From the NCBI RefSeq assembly GCF_052425735.1, contig NC_135771.1:2914001-2978000 (forward strand): 64,000 nucleotides of DNA, given 5' to 3'. Under the pieces are notes generated by a model. The model was not told the origin of the DNA. It saw nothing but the letters and a program-made list of their open reading frames with translations, and searched no databases. This document shows positions 35,675 through 48,500 of this stretch, piece by piece. Position numbers and translations under genes: made by a program. The DNA comes from Oculina patagonica (Eukaryota). Numbering within the stretch: the first letter of the stretch is position 1; the number at the start of each line of letters is the position of its first letter.

Positions 35675-38600
35675 TCATGGTTTAAGCTTTGGGCTTAAAG
35701 AGTTTATAGTAGCACCAACAATCGAGAACGCAGCCCAGTGCTGTGGACTTCGTGTGTTCTCTTTTACTTGAAGAACCTTCATGGCCCTTTGTAACGATAC
35801 CGCAGCATCACGGGAAGCCTTGTATTCGCGGTAAAATGATGTCATGAGCTCCGACGCGGATCGGTCGTCAATCTTCCACAGCGTGACAATCACGCAAGCT
35901 GCGCCAGCTGCCAGAAACGCGCGTGACAGACCTACAAGAACAGATGATGTTGATAGTACTCGTTAATGAACACGCCCATTTTAAGATGGTGGCTAGGCGA
36001 CTACATACACCACCAAGCCACTCGCTTCCCGATCCACTTACATTTAAGGTGTATATATAACGTACGTGAAATAACCCGTTTACTTATGTTTCCCAGCCCT
36101 TTATCATAACGCACTTGTAGCTCCTAGTTATTACTTGTCCCAGCTTTTACGTGCTGAACTAAACTACACCTAGAAGCCAAGGTAGATTCCAGTCATTCAC
36201 AGCTGTTTAGAAATGGCCAATTCCATAAGGTTTATTCGTCTTCACGGGAGCTATGTTTTTTTTATCGGGTTTTGGATTCTGAGTAGACCCTATATCTATT
36301 TTTCGGGGTCAGATCGAGTGCGCGATAAATCACAGTTTACACGAAGAGGTGCCAATTCACGCCCCTGCACATCGGGTGTCCTCGCGCGAGGTGATGTTTG
36401 CTCGCGCGCTCGTCCGACTTGACTAGTCCTGAGAATAAATGACGGACAGTCACGGACTACATGTAGTCTAATCGGGTTTCAACAATACTTAGAAAAGAAA
36501 AACTTACCCAGTACTCCGTCTCCTGTTACTTTACCCAGTCCAGTATCACAACAGCTCAACACCACAAGTTCAGCTTTCAGTTCCATGCCCCTCACCTCCT
36601 CCGCAGTCAGAATACCGTTACACTCGAGCCCAGACTTCGTCAGAACAATGAGCCCCTTCATGCTAAAATCACCGTGGGAGTCTGTGTCGTCAATAATCGC
36701 ATGGGTTGCAAAGTGTAGAATTTTGTACTTTGGCATGGCTGTCATCACGTCTTTCTTTTTGGCTTGTGTTCCTATAAGCACTTCTGACTTCGGCGAGTTT
36801 ATGATCTCGCTGATCATGCGCACTTCGAGCTGGGCGGAGGGAAGCTGCGGAAGCTCTTCGAAAGGCATTATGGGATTCCCGACCGCGAGGAGACTGAGTT
36901 CTAGAGACGCCGTAGCCTGTTCAGTGCTCTCACGGGAGGCGCAGGCTAGTTCAAGAAAGTGTATGGCCGGACTAGTCGAGATAACAAAGTCTTCCATCAT
37001 GTAATGATCTCTTGCGTCGCTTTGGAGAGCAGCAAAGGGAACCTTTAGCAAGAAATCCTGAGGAATAAAAGTAACCCGCGGATTTTCATCTTTGGTAGGC
37101 AGGAATTCCACAATGGGCTCAATAAGGACCTTGTGAAGTTGGCTTAGCATAGGTATCCACGGGTCCAATTCAGGATCACTCTCGTGTTCATCATGTTGGT
37201 CTTTCAAACGCGCACCTGAGGGTTCAGTCAAGACATTAAAAGGATCTGGCAGAGTTCCCACAGAAACGTCATCGCTTCCTGCAACAGAAACCAATACATC
37301 TTTAACTACTTCAGTACGATTTTCACTTTGAAGTTGAGTGCTAGATGTCTCGTTGGTTGCTGTTTCAAGCTTTGAATTTATGCCTGGGGCCTCATTCACG
37401 ACATCATTTAAAGGACCTGGCGGAGTGCCCGCAGAAACGTCATCGTTTGCTGCAACAGAAACCGTTACATCTTCATCTACTTCAGTATGACTTTCACTTT
37501 GAAGTTGAGTACTAGATGTCTCGTTCTTTGCTGTTTCAGGCTTTGAATGTGTGAATGGGGCCTCATTCACGACATCATTCAAAGCACCAGGTGGGATGCA
37601 TGGGGCCTCATTCACGACATCATTCAAAGCACTAGGTGGGATGCATGGGGCCTCATTCACGACATCATTCAAAGCACCAGGTGGGATGCATGGGGCCTCA
37701 TTCACGACATCATTCAAAGGACCAGGTGGGATGCATAGGGCCTCATTCACGACACCATTCAAAGGACCAGGTGGGATGCATGGGGCCTCATTCACGATTT
37801 TTAGGGGTGGGGGACCTCATTCAAAGGACCAGGTGGGATGCATAGGGCCTCATTCACGACACCATTCAAAGGACCAGGTGGGATGCATGGGACATCATTC
37901 ACGACATCATTCAAAGGACCAGGTGTAATGCATAGGGCCTCATTCACGACATCATTCAAAGGACCAGGTGGGATGCATAGGGCCTCATTCAAGACATCAT
38001 TCAAAGGACCAGGTGGGATGCATAGGGCCTCATTCAAGACACCATTCAAAGGACCAGGTGGGATGCATGGGACCTCATTCAAAGGACCAAGTGGGATGCA
38101 TAGGATGCATGGGACCTCATTCACGACATCATTAAAAGGACCAGGTGTAATGCATAGGGCCTCATTCACGACATCATTCAAAGGACCAGGTGGAATGCAT
38201 AGGGCCTTATTCACGACATCATTCAAAGGACCAGGTGGGATGCATAGGGCCTCATTCACGACATCATTCAAAGGACCAGGTGGGATGCATGGGACCTCAT
38301 TCACGACATCATTAAAAGGACGGTTGGGCCTCATTCACGACATCATTCAAAGGACCAGGTGGAGTGCTTTCAGGAACGTCACAATTTTTTGTAGCAGAAT
38401 CCTTCTCTTCTTTAGTATTTATTTCACAGCTCTTGCTGTTTGCAGTTTCCAACGACGTTCCAACACTTTCCAAATCTTGAGAGGTTTCTTTCTGATGTTC
38501 AAAGAGCTGTGGAGATTCGTTAGAATTAACATCAATTGTATCGAAGGCTGCAGTTTGCTCTTTTACTTCGTTTTGTTGCAGGGTTTCACAGAAGGAAGCT

Positions 38601-41600
38601 TCCGAGATATCTCCGCTCTTCGAAAAATCGTGGTATTCTGCTGTTTTAATTTGTGAAGTTTCTTTGTTATTTTCCACATAATTTACAGAAGTCTCGCCAG
38701 TTGCGCCTGGGTTTCCTGTGGTTGTTTCATTCAGTGAGCAGGTTGCTGGGTTGTCTGTTGAATCTCCAAAGGTTTTGTTTTCTTCTGAAATCGAACTCTC
38801 TTCCGCCTTTATTTGACTTGCCACGACAATATTTGCTTCAGAAAGACATATTGTTGGTGTTGATTCCTGTAGAGTTTCAGTAATCTGTAAAGCTTGTTCT
38901 GATCTACCGTGCACACTTTCTGTTTCGTGATCAGGTTCTTGACCAAGTTTCAAAGTAGCGCCTTTCATTGTGGGTAATGGAGAACACCACTGGACTTGAT
39001 CATGAGAAGTTGAAGGACATTTTACATCTTCGATTGCGGATTCTTCGGGTTCACCATTTAAACTTTTGCCAGTTTCGACTTTACTCTGGGTGTAACTTTC
39101 TGGATTATATGCGTCGCTCTGAAAATTAGGTCGATCATAAAATGCCTTATCCTTGGTTTTGTACGGTACGCTTAGACTAGAATGAATTAGTTTGTTTTTG
39201 GTATGAGTGTTACTTTTACCCAGGCCTGTTGCAAACATGAGTTGCAGTCCTTTTAGCGAGCTCAGCACGTCCTCGCTTTGAAGCGTTGCTATGTGCGCTT
39301 TTGCTTCCCTAGAAACTCTCAGGTGCTTTTCACATCTGAGAATTTTACCCATGTCCTCTATTTGAGATGGCCGACCCATGGACCGCCTAAGAGACAAGAC
39401 ATATTCATCGTTGACTTCAACCTTAGTCTCACGGATACCGTGTTGTAGACGAGATTTACTGAAATTGAGCCGGCCGGATGGATGCAGTACCCATGCAAAG
39501 ATCCAAGAAAAGAATGCTCCTGACTCGTCGAATTCTTTCACCACAGAGTAAAAGACCAACGTCGTGGAAAGCTTACGGCTGATTTCTAGCAGATTATTAA
39601 AGGATTCCGCTATAAATTCTTCATTTAAGGTGGTTGCTTCAGCTCCAGAAGACTTGTAGCCACATACCCGCTTCCTAACAATTTCGGCCAACGCTCTCCC
39701 TCGATTAGAATCTGCCAAAACTAACGCCTCTTTATACTTCATCTGAGCGACTAGTACAACTTGTAACAGATTGTACGCCTCAGCTTGGTTCTTCTCAAAA
39801 TTCGACAGCTTTGATTTGTCTTCTTCGCCAATCTGAGAGCGAATCTTTTCCAGCGTTTGAAAAGCATCAAGAATTGACCTCTCTGCTTCAGGTAGTTTTC
39901 CACAAAGGAAATAATCCATAGCTAATTGATGCTGCATGATCGCTACACCACCGATGTCCATTCGCCTTTCTGCATTGTCTCGGTAATTTATATGGCAGTC
40001 AATCGCGTCTTCGAATCTTTCTAACGCTCTGTATACAGTACCTAGATTTCCCCATGCCATTCCTTCGCCTGCAACGTTTCCCGCCCTCTGGGCCCCTTTT
40101 AAGGCGATTTGAAGCATCTTAACCGCCTCTTCGTTGTATCCTAGCTTTGTATAAAGCTTTCCAATTTTGTTGCATGCAATTCCCATGCGCGCAAAATCAC
40201 CCACCTCTTCGGAAAGCGAGTATTCGATGAACTGTAACACTACAGAGTCGTCAAATTCCTCGGGATTGTAAAATTTCAAGAAGCCGATATTACCACAGGA
40301 GATGGCTAGGCCGTGAATATCTCCTCTGCTCAAGGCGAAGTTGTGATGAACTGTGTGAAGTCTTTCTGCATCTTTGTATCTGAAACGAATCATTGACTGC
40401 GTGGGCTAAATCTTTAAAGACATCTGTTTATACGAGGAAATACAGGGGGCTCTCCGCAGTCTTAAATCTTTGAGTTTAATTACTACCTTTAAGACGAATT
40501 TCACCATTTTCACTGTAACGCACCCATTACGCCTTTTTTTGTTAAAAAGTATTAGGTATGCCAGTCTTTTTTTTTTCCTCATTCGCCTTTTCTCTTTTTC
40601 TTTGTATGATTTTTTTCATTAGAGTTATGAAACAAAGTCTTTAGAATAGTTGCTACAAAATACCCCCTTTCTATTCTCATGCCTTCGGCCCTCGTAATAT
40701 TTACTAACAGAAGAAAAAATCATGTTCATTTACCTTCCTTCCGATCTGAAAACATTGCCCAAATCTCCGCAGCAACTCGACACAAGCCCGACATCCTTCA
40801 TATCCTTGGCTAGATCCAGGGCTTCACGAAGATACTCTTTAGCTCTGCCCCAGTCTGCCGCAGATCTACATGCATTTCCATAGTGCTGTAGATAGAGGGC
40901 TCTTGTGTGCGTTCTCATGGTGGTTTTGAAAGCCATCAGAGGCTCAAAGTACGTCTCTATAGCCTCTTTTAGTTCTCCACGATCAAGCAGGCAGGTTGCA
41001 AGGTGTATCTTAGCCAAGGTTTCTTTGTCAAAATCCTGCGCAGATGCAGCAATTTCCTGAGCCCTCTTAAACAACTGTTCTGCTTCGTTTAATTCTTTGA
41101 GTAGACGATGTATCGACCCCAGATTCAGACAAGCATTAAATAACAGCAGCGATGTCACGAGAGTATCTGTTGAAAAGCATGTAACAATTGAACACACCAG
41201 ATTGTAAGAAGGAAGTTGGAATTACAATGTAGGAATTTTCTGCCAGGGAATCTCTAAACTGATGGCCGGGAATGCTTTTCATGCCTTTAAAGGGTAAAAA
41301 TTATTAGTGTGTTCAACATTTATTAACCAGCCTACCCCCCTTTTGAAGAGGGGGGGGGGGGTTAGGTGGAGAGAAAGGGAGAGAGAATTTATTTGGGAAC
41401 CCAAGATATCCAGATTCTTAAGGTAGGGGTAAGGGTAGAGCAAGATATTTAAACATCTCTGTGTCAGTTGGGTACGTTATCTGGCCATTTCCTTGGGGTA
41501 AACAGTTGTTTTATCATATTTTTAGTTTTCATCATTGACATGTAACTTTCATCACTGATTTTTATCAAAGACATAGCATCATCATCATCATCATCATCAT

Positions 41601-42404
41601 TTTCTACAAGAGTACAGCAATGGGTAATTTCTCATTACTCATACAATAAAAGGATGTATCCCACAACTGTCCTGAGCAGCTACTCCTTGGGCTCCTCAAA
41701 CAACCCACAATTCATTTGGGAGAAAAGATTGCATGATTGTGTGACAGGCAAAAGCTTAAAAGAGTTATTTTCATTTGATTCAGGTACCATTTTGAGATTC
41801 CTTTTAAAATTTCCGATATCATTTCTATATGAGAAGTACCTTCTGAAAAACAAAACAATATTTAAAAACTGAAAACGAGATTTAACGCTTCCCAGTACAA
41901 GCCCTTTGCACCGGTCACGTCACGTGCGTTGCGTGACGGTGCAAAGAAAGCGGAAGTAAATGGAATCCTTCTTATTTTCCCTAACAAGATCATGTATCCT
42001 CTTGTCTCTTATATTAATATAAAAAAATGCACAAAAAACTTCGTACCGAAATCTCCTTCACTGTCTGATGAGCACTCGGTGATAGTTTCGTTGAATAATT
42101 TCTGCGCTGTCTCTAAGGCGACTTTCCAAGGCCCAGTTGCGATTTGAACTTGAAAGAGTTGGTTCATTATAGCGAATTTCTGTTGCTTATTCTCGGCCTT
42201 GCCAAGCATATAGTTCCAAATTATTGATGCTGTTGGCAGATTTCTACTGGTGTATTCCTGTGCTATTCTGAACATTCGAGGAAATGGCAAAGCTTCCGTT
42301 TTCAGTTTCTCGAGTACATCTTCTTGAGGTAAGGGCAGCTTTTCTCGTAGTTCAGCAAGTCCCTCTATGGCAAGATCTTGGTGCTCTGGTGCTAAATACT
42401 CCAT
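35675..42404 (-). CDS. TPR + CHAT-domain protein (TTC28-like caspase/separase-fold protease); frame interrupted in exon 3
   Basis: Exons (minus strand) 42404 (or 42440)-42047, 41166-40734, 40379-36508, 35931-35675 with GT/AG ends; TPR motifs (GNLGTVYRALERFEDAI), ALVLADSNRGRAL, FIPQDFLLKVPFAAL, VGNP, LPQLPSAQLEV, ILHFATH, LVVLSCCDTGLG, GLSRAFLAAGA, TLWKIDD, HWAAFSIVG; stops in the minisatellite at 38312 and 37801. Confidence 0.85.
37555..38362 (-). repeat. 42-bp coding minisatellite (~19 units; CIPPGPLNDVVNEA)
   Basis: Unit gggcctcattcacgacatcattcaaaggaccaggtgggatgcat repeated with point variants. Confidence 0.95.
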
Positions 42405-42440
42405 TGGTGAGTTTACTGTTCGATCGCGATAATGCAGCAT

Positions 42441-42566
42441 AAAAACATTTCAGCAAAAATTGACGCGGGCAAACTCATTGCTTGTTCTTTACTTATCAAC
42501 ACAACCCAGCGGGGATTCTGGGAGAAGTAAAGCCAGGAGTCTGGAATCTACTGCAAAGAATCCAAC
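42441..42566. promoter_or_regulatory. Bidirectional promoter between TPR-CHAT gene and PRPF38A
   Basis: Divergent ATGs only 126-162 bp apart; ZNF143/Staf-like site (reverse strand TACTTCTCCCAGAATCCCC) at 42511-42529; YY1-like CAACATGGCG at the PRPF38A start. Confidence 0.7.
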
Positions 42567-45500
42567 ATGGCGAACCGCACAGTGTCAGATGCTAGAACAG
42601 TAAAAGGAACAAATCCTCAATATCTTGTGGAGAAAATCACCCGTGCTCGTATTTATGAGAATAAATACTGGAAGGAGCAATGTTTTGCGCTTTCAGGTAA
42701 GTCAAATGGTGTTTAACAACGCATTAATTCGAGACTAAAATCGGACTTCACACAAGTAATTTCACCAAGTATTTGTAGCCATTTGCTTTAGGTTTTCATC
42801 TAGCTGCAAATTAAAGCTGATTTCGCTCAAAGCCCGTTTTATGGAAATTAAACTTTCTTAAAAAATTGAAGCGTTGATTAAATTAAAGCTGGATAGGGTA
42901 CAACCGGTTATCTGTTTACCATCACTTAGCTTAGATTTCTCCACACGAGTACTGTAGTACTAGTAAAGTGACTTCGCTCCAGGTCCAGCGATATCGTAGT
43001 CTTGCTTTTGTGATCGATCGAATATTTGTTGTTTTGATGGGTGTTTACATAGCCTTTTACCTCAAAGGTTTTTGTTATGTAGTATATTTTCGGGCCTACA
43101 GAATGTACGGCTAATGCTAAACTACCAAATACAGTTTTTTTTAAGACAGCTATATTTGGTGACTCGAGCCACCAAATGGCCCAAAATTACATGTACAGCC
43201 TTCCAGTGCCGAGCCAAAGGACCAAAATAATATATAGACCACTTAGCACACAAAACAAAAATTTCTCATTCTTTACATCCACTGCCAAACTAAATATGCC
43301 AAGTGAGCCAGGCGAACCACTAAATATGCAGAACACTTTGAGCACTGACATTACAATAATTTCTCCTTCTCTTCATTCACTGATAAGCCCAACGAGCCGC
43401 CAAATATATCCGTATAGTATTCAAAACTGGTCCTATATTCTGTAGTTGCCCAAATATAGTACTTGTACATGTACAGCTGTAGGATCATAACCTGTTACCA
43501 TGCTGAGTTAAACATTGCATTTTTTTCTTTTCACAATTCAGCTGAGCTCTTGGTGGACAAAGCAATGGAACTGGATCATGTTGGTGGTACATTTGGTGGA
43601 AACATCAAACCTACACCATTCTTATGCCTGGTGCTAAAAATGTTGCAAATTCAGCCAGAGAAGGAGATTGTCGTGGAGTTCATCAAAAATGAGGATTACA
43701 AGTAGGCTCAAAGATAAAAAGACCAGATCAAATCTGAGCACTTGTGTACATGTAGTTTATCATCAACGTATAATTAACTGGCCATGATTTTGCCAATACA
43801 GTGGAACCTCGATTTAACAAACCTTTATATAAGTCCTTGGTATAACGAACGATATCCTTCAGCCCGGCCAAAGTTACAGTAAAATAAATGGAACAGAACC
43901 TCGACATAGCAAACCTCAATATGACGATTTATACCATGCCATAGAAAATACAGCCAATCAGAATACAGGATAGCCGTTGTATATTCGACGGTATTCAACC
44001 CAACCTTCCCATCATGCGCTGCGATTGTATTCTCAACGAAATTCAGTAAGCGTATTTTCTATGGCATGGTATAAAATAGTTACACAACACTTTCTCGTGG
44101 TATACTATGGAATATCCCACTTGTCACTTGTATTTTCTTGGTATACACACTTGCCTAAAGGCTCGTCTGTATACCAATAAAATACAAGTGACCCGTGGGA
44201 TATTTCATAGTATACCACTCGAAAGCGTTGAATAACTAGTATATCCTCGTTATATAACTGTAACAAACACAATCCAGAAGCCCAAACGTAAAATTTACCC
44301 TAATATAACGAGTTCTTAAGTTAACACATGACAAAAGATGAATGTAAAACAGACCAACAAGGATGAAAATACATCCGATTACTTTAATCCTGTAAGAGTA
44401 GACTGAACAACTTCAAAGATATGTCCATATTTATGTGGATATTAGACACTAAAGCCCAAATTTTATTTTGAAAGTCATTCAGATCAGTAAATGGTGGAAG
44501 GCAATACCTTGACTTAATGAACATTTCAAATCGTTGACTTAAGATTTTCGCAAATTTGTTATATTGAGGTTTTTGATATAACAAACCCTTGATATACATG
44601 TAACGAACAAATTTCCCCGGTCCTTTGGCACTTCATTAAATCAAGGTTTCACTGTAAAAGATTGTTGTTCTGACAATTTGAAGTTTAGAAATCACAGACT
44701 GACAGTTAGTGACAATAAGCAGTGTTGTTTAAAATATGGTAATGCATTACCTTGACACCTCCATGTACCCCCTTTAATTAAAATTAATCTGTACTTTTTA
44801 TATGCTCAGTTGTATTTTTTACTGTCAAATTAATCTTAGATATGTACGAGCACTGGGTGCGATCTACATGAGGCTTGTAGGGACATCAATGGATTGCTAC
44901 AACTACCTGGAGCCACTGTACAATGATTACAGAAAGATCAGAAGGAAAAATAAGATGGGAAGTAAGTTGTACAACCTTTACTGATTATTGTTAAAATTAA
45001 TTTTACAGAAAAAGAATCTGTAAGATTAGGATTCTATTAGTTAGTGTCATGTCTCAGACATGATGCAATTTGTGGGAGGCGTGGTGGCCTATTGCTTAAC
45101 CCACTGGACTCTAATTCGAGTAGTCCAGGCTTGAGTCCTTGCTGGGGTAATTGTGTTGTGTTCTTGGGCAAGACACTTAACTCTCGTAGTGCCTCTCTCC
45201 ACCCAGGGGCATAATGGGTACTGGCGAACTAAATTCTTTGTATTTTTTTTTTTTTTACTGGGACAAAACCCTGGAATGAACTAGCATGCCATCCAGGGGA
45301 GTAGAAACACTCCTAGTTGCTTCATGCTACAGAAACTGGGATAAGCTCCGGCCTGATGGGCCACTAGACTCAGTGCAGACTCAAGCTACATGTACCTACC
45401 GGTTTCTACCATATCTCTGACAGCTGCACCTTGCATTTAACATTTTCACAAGCCCAGAAGCACAAAGCTTTTAAAAAATAAAAACTGAAGAAATTGAATT

Positions 45501-48500
45501 AGTGATGTTTAGTTGAATCTTGGTAGTCTAACTATTTACATTGAATGTTGTTTTCGGAGGGAAAAATTATTTGTGTTTCAAAGCTATGAATTTGCAACAC
45601 TGTCTACAAACTTGTGTACAAATGCAAATCACTAAAATAAATGAGGTTATAATTATTTTTGTGTGTAAAGAAATGGAACTTTCTCACATGGATGAGTTCA
45701 TTGATGAGCTGCTGAGAGAGGAGAGAGCCTGTGATGTTATTTTGCCTCGCATTCAGGTGAGACTGCCTCTTAGTCAATACAGTGTACCTTATCATTGATA
45801 GAAAATTAACGATACATCAGAAACCCATATAAGGGTTGAAACGTGTAACGCGCGTGCACAGCATTTGAATATTCATTTTGCCAAGTACCATATTTGGAAA
45901 CACGAAGAATTTGTAAGCGAATGCTTAATACAGGTTATGACACACGCAGCATAATTTTTGGTTTTGTGGTAAGTTGCTTGAATTTCGACCAAAACGCGGT
46001 AAATTTCTTACAGAAACTAAAGAAATACATTAATAAGTGTATCGAAGCGAAGTTCTCCAGACTACTCAAGTAGATAAAACAGGAGAAATTAACCAAATTT
46101 AGTTTTATTCAACCAAGCTTGTTCAAAAACAAGATTACGCCATCGAGCGCGAGCTAGCGCGCGCTGTGAATTTAATCCAAATATAGTAATTTTGATTGGT
46201 TAAATGGTTCTCCTAATTTTCCAAATATGGTACTTAGTGTAAATGAATGTGCAAACGCTTTGTACAATGCGAAGCATAGGGAGTTACAAGTTTCAACCCT
46301 TATGGGTTTATGCGATACATGTAATTAACGTGAATTTCACAAATTCGCGTTAATTTCATGTACCTTAATTTACGTCATTGTTAATTTAAATCACACTATT
46401 ATCCAACATTGTAATTAAGACACCTACATCTACTTCTCCGTCAAAGCTGCAGGAATAACAGAGGCAGTGGAAAGCAATTTTTCCATTTGATCTGTTTAAA
46501 TACCTTTGTCGTGTATATGGTTTATCAGAATTAAACCTCAAGTTCTGTTATTGGACATTGTTGTTTTGTATGTATTTTAAAAGGCGTAGGTTGCTATAAA
46601 AATTACTATGCATCAAATTCGCTTTGATTAACTGCATGTACTGTAAGCACACACCACACAAGAATTTGTGTTAATTAAATGCATATTAACATAAATTTTT
46701 GACAATTCGCGTTAATTTTATTACGCCTACATTTTGTTTGTGTATTTACATGTAAAATGCTTTGTTATATTCCTATATTAAGGTATACCGGTAACTACGA
46801 TTTAGGCTAGGTTTACCCAGGACCAGTTGCAAATAGATCTAGTTTGAAAATCAGACTCAATAGGCCTTCTGTTTATTTTGGACCATTCTTGAACCATCTG
46901 CAACAGATCCAAACAGTTCCAAAACTAGACCTGCTGCTTGGCAGGTTCAGTTTGGATCACTACTGGATCGGACTGGACCACAAAAAATAATTATCAATAA
47001 TTTTTACACTTTATCCACCTTTATCCAGTGTCATTGTTCTAATTTTCTAACATTTAATTAATGTGTTTATTGTCATTCTTCTTTTGGATCAAGGGGAGTG
47101 ACTGTCCCTCCTGGATCCGTCCCTGGTCACACTGTAAATTGTACATGTACATGTATCCCTGTTGTTCCCTAAGTTGCTATTGTTCTATTTTCTCATCATA
47201 TAATCTGGTGTTGCTTATTAGGTTTCTAACCGTTATAGTTTTAGACTAACAGAATATTGTTTTCATTTTCAGAAGCGACACGTGTTAGAAAGCACCAATC
47301 AACTTGAACCAAGGGTAAGAAAAAATGAAAAAAAAAAGAAGTCCTTTGCCCTGATGTCTGTCAAATTCTTCTTAGTTTATCATTATTTTTTTAATGCCAT
47401 CTATAAAAATCACATTTTCCACCACTATTTTTTTTGTTTGCAGAAATCCTAGTCTCATTTCCATTTTCTAGCCCCACTGACCAAAATCCCATTTTTCCAG
47501 TGAAAAATAGGCGAATCACAGTTCCCATTATTTTTTCTCTTCAGGCCCCTCTGTACAGTTGTTGCTATTGTTTTTTCCCACAAGTACAATAATATTTAGT
47601 TTATTTTACCACCGGTTCTGTTGCAACAAGTTTTCTAATCAGTCAGTTTGATCTCTGGGATTTTCTCTTGATTTACAGAGAAGTCTTCTCGATGACGATT
47701 TAGAAGACATGGACTCTGAGTCAGAGGAAGAAGAAGAAAAACAAGTATGTTAGAATGTGCATCAGCTTATACAAGATCACTGGAGCACAGTTCTGTAGTA
47801 CTTTCCAGGGGCCTACTCTTTTTTCCCCTCCAGTTTCTTTCCTCTGAGTCGTCTTGCTACATTATTCCCTGACTCCCAGGGAGGGTCCTCAGGATTTCAA
47901 GTGACAGGGATGATCGAATGTGGGCGAAAATGCAGACCCCCAAAAAAATCCCTAGGGTTTTCAACACAACCCCAAAAATCCATAGACCAAAAATTAACCC
48001 TCCAAAAATCAGCAGCAATACATGTTTATCTGTACTTTATTCACAAAACTATGCAGCCAAGACACTACCACAGATCTTTATATTGTTTTTAATACCCAAA
48101 AAAATCCTTCGATCAATCCCATCACTTGAAATCCTGAGTACCCCCCCTGGGCCCGACTTACTAAGTTTTTGTTGGAAAATGGCTGGACACATGCCATGAC
48201 GGGCACCACACTTTTGGCAGGAAAATACTGTTGCACACTACTTGTGGGATACAACTTAAAATATGTTAAGTATTTGCAGGTTTCTGAATGGTCAGTGCCA
48301 TAGCATAGGGTGGGGAAACCCCGGGGCCAGATCCCCCAAAACATTTGGCTAACACATAATAAAAATATTCAAAGGTAGAACAGTAATACAGTAATGTTAA
48401 GATACTGTTGGATTCTTTTTTAGGGTAATTTGTGTTTTCCCTGTGCTATCTTTTATAGCTGGAAAATGCTAGTTTAGAGACCCAGGATTTGAAAATCTCC

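Noticed and set aside
37547-38656. Plus-strand repetitive ORFs (272 aa, 125 aa; MHRASFTTSFKGPGG)
   Set aside because: Antisense reading of a 42-bp minisatellite that happens to lack stops; no splice, start or domain support.
45073-45150. Possible tRNA genes at SINE heads (also 21050-21128, 59630-59707)
   Set aside because: Degenerate cloverleaf followed by a shared SINE body in several dispersed copies; not functional tRNAs.
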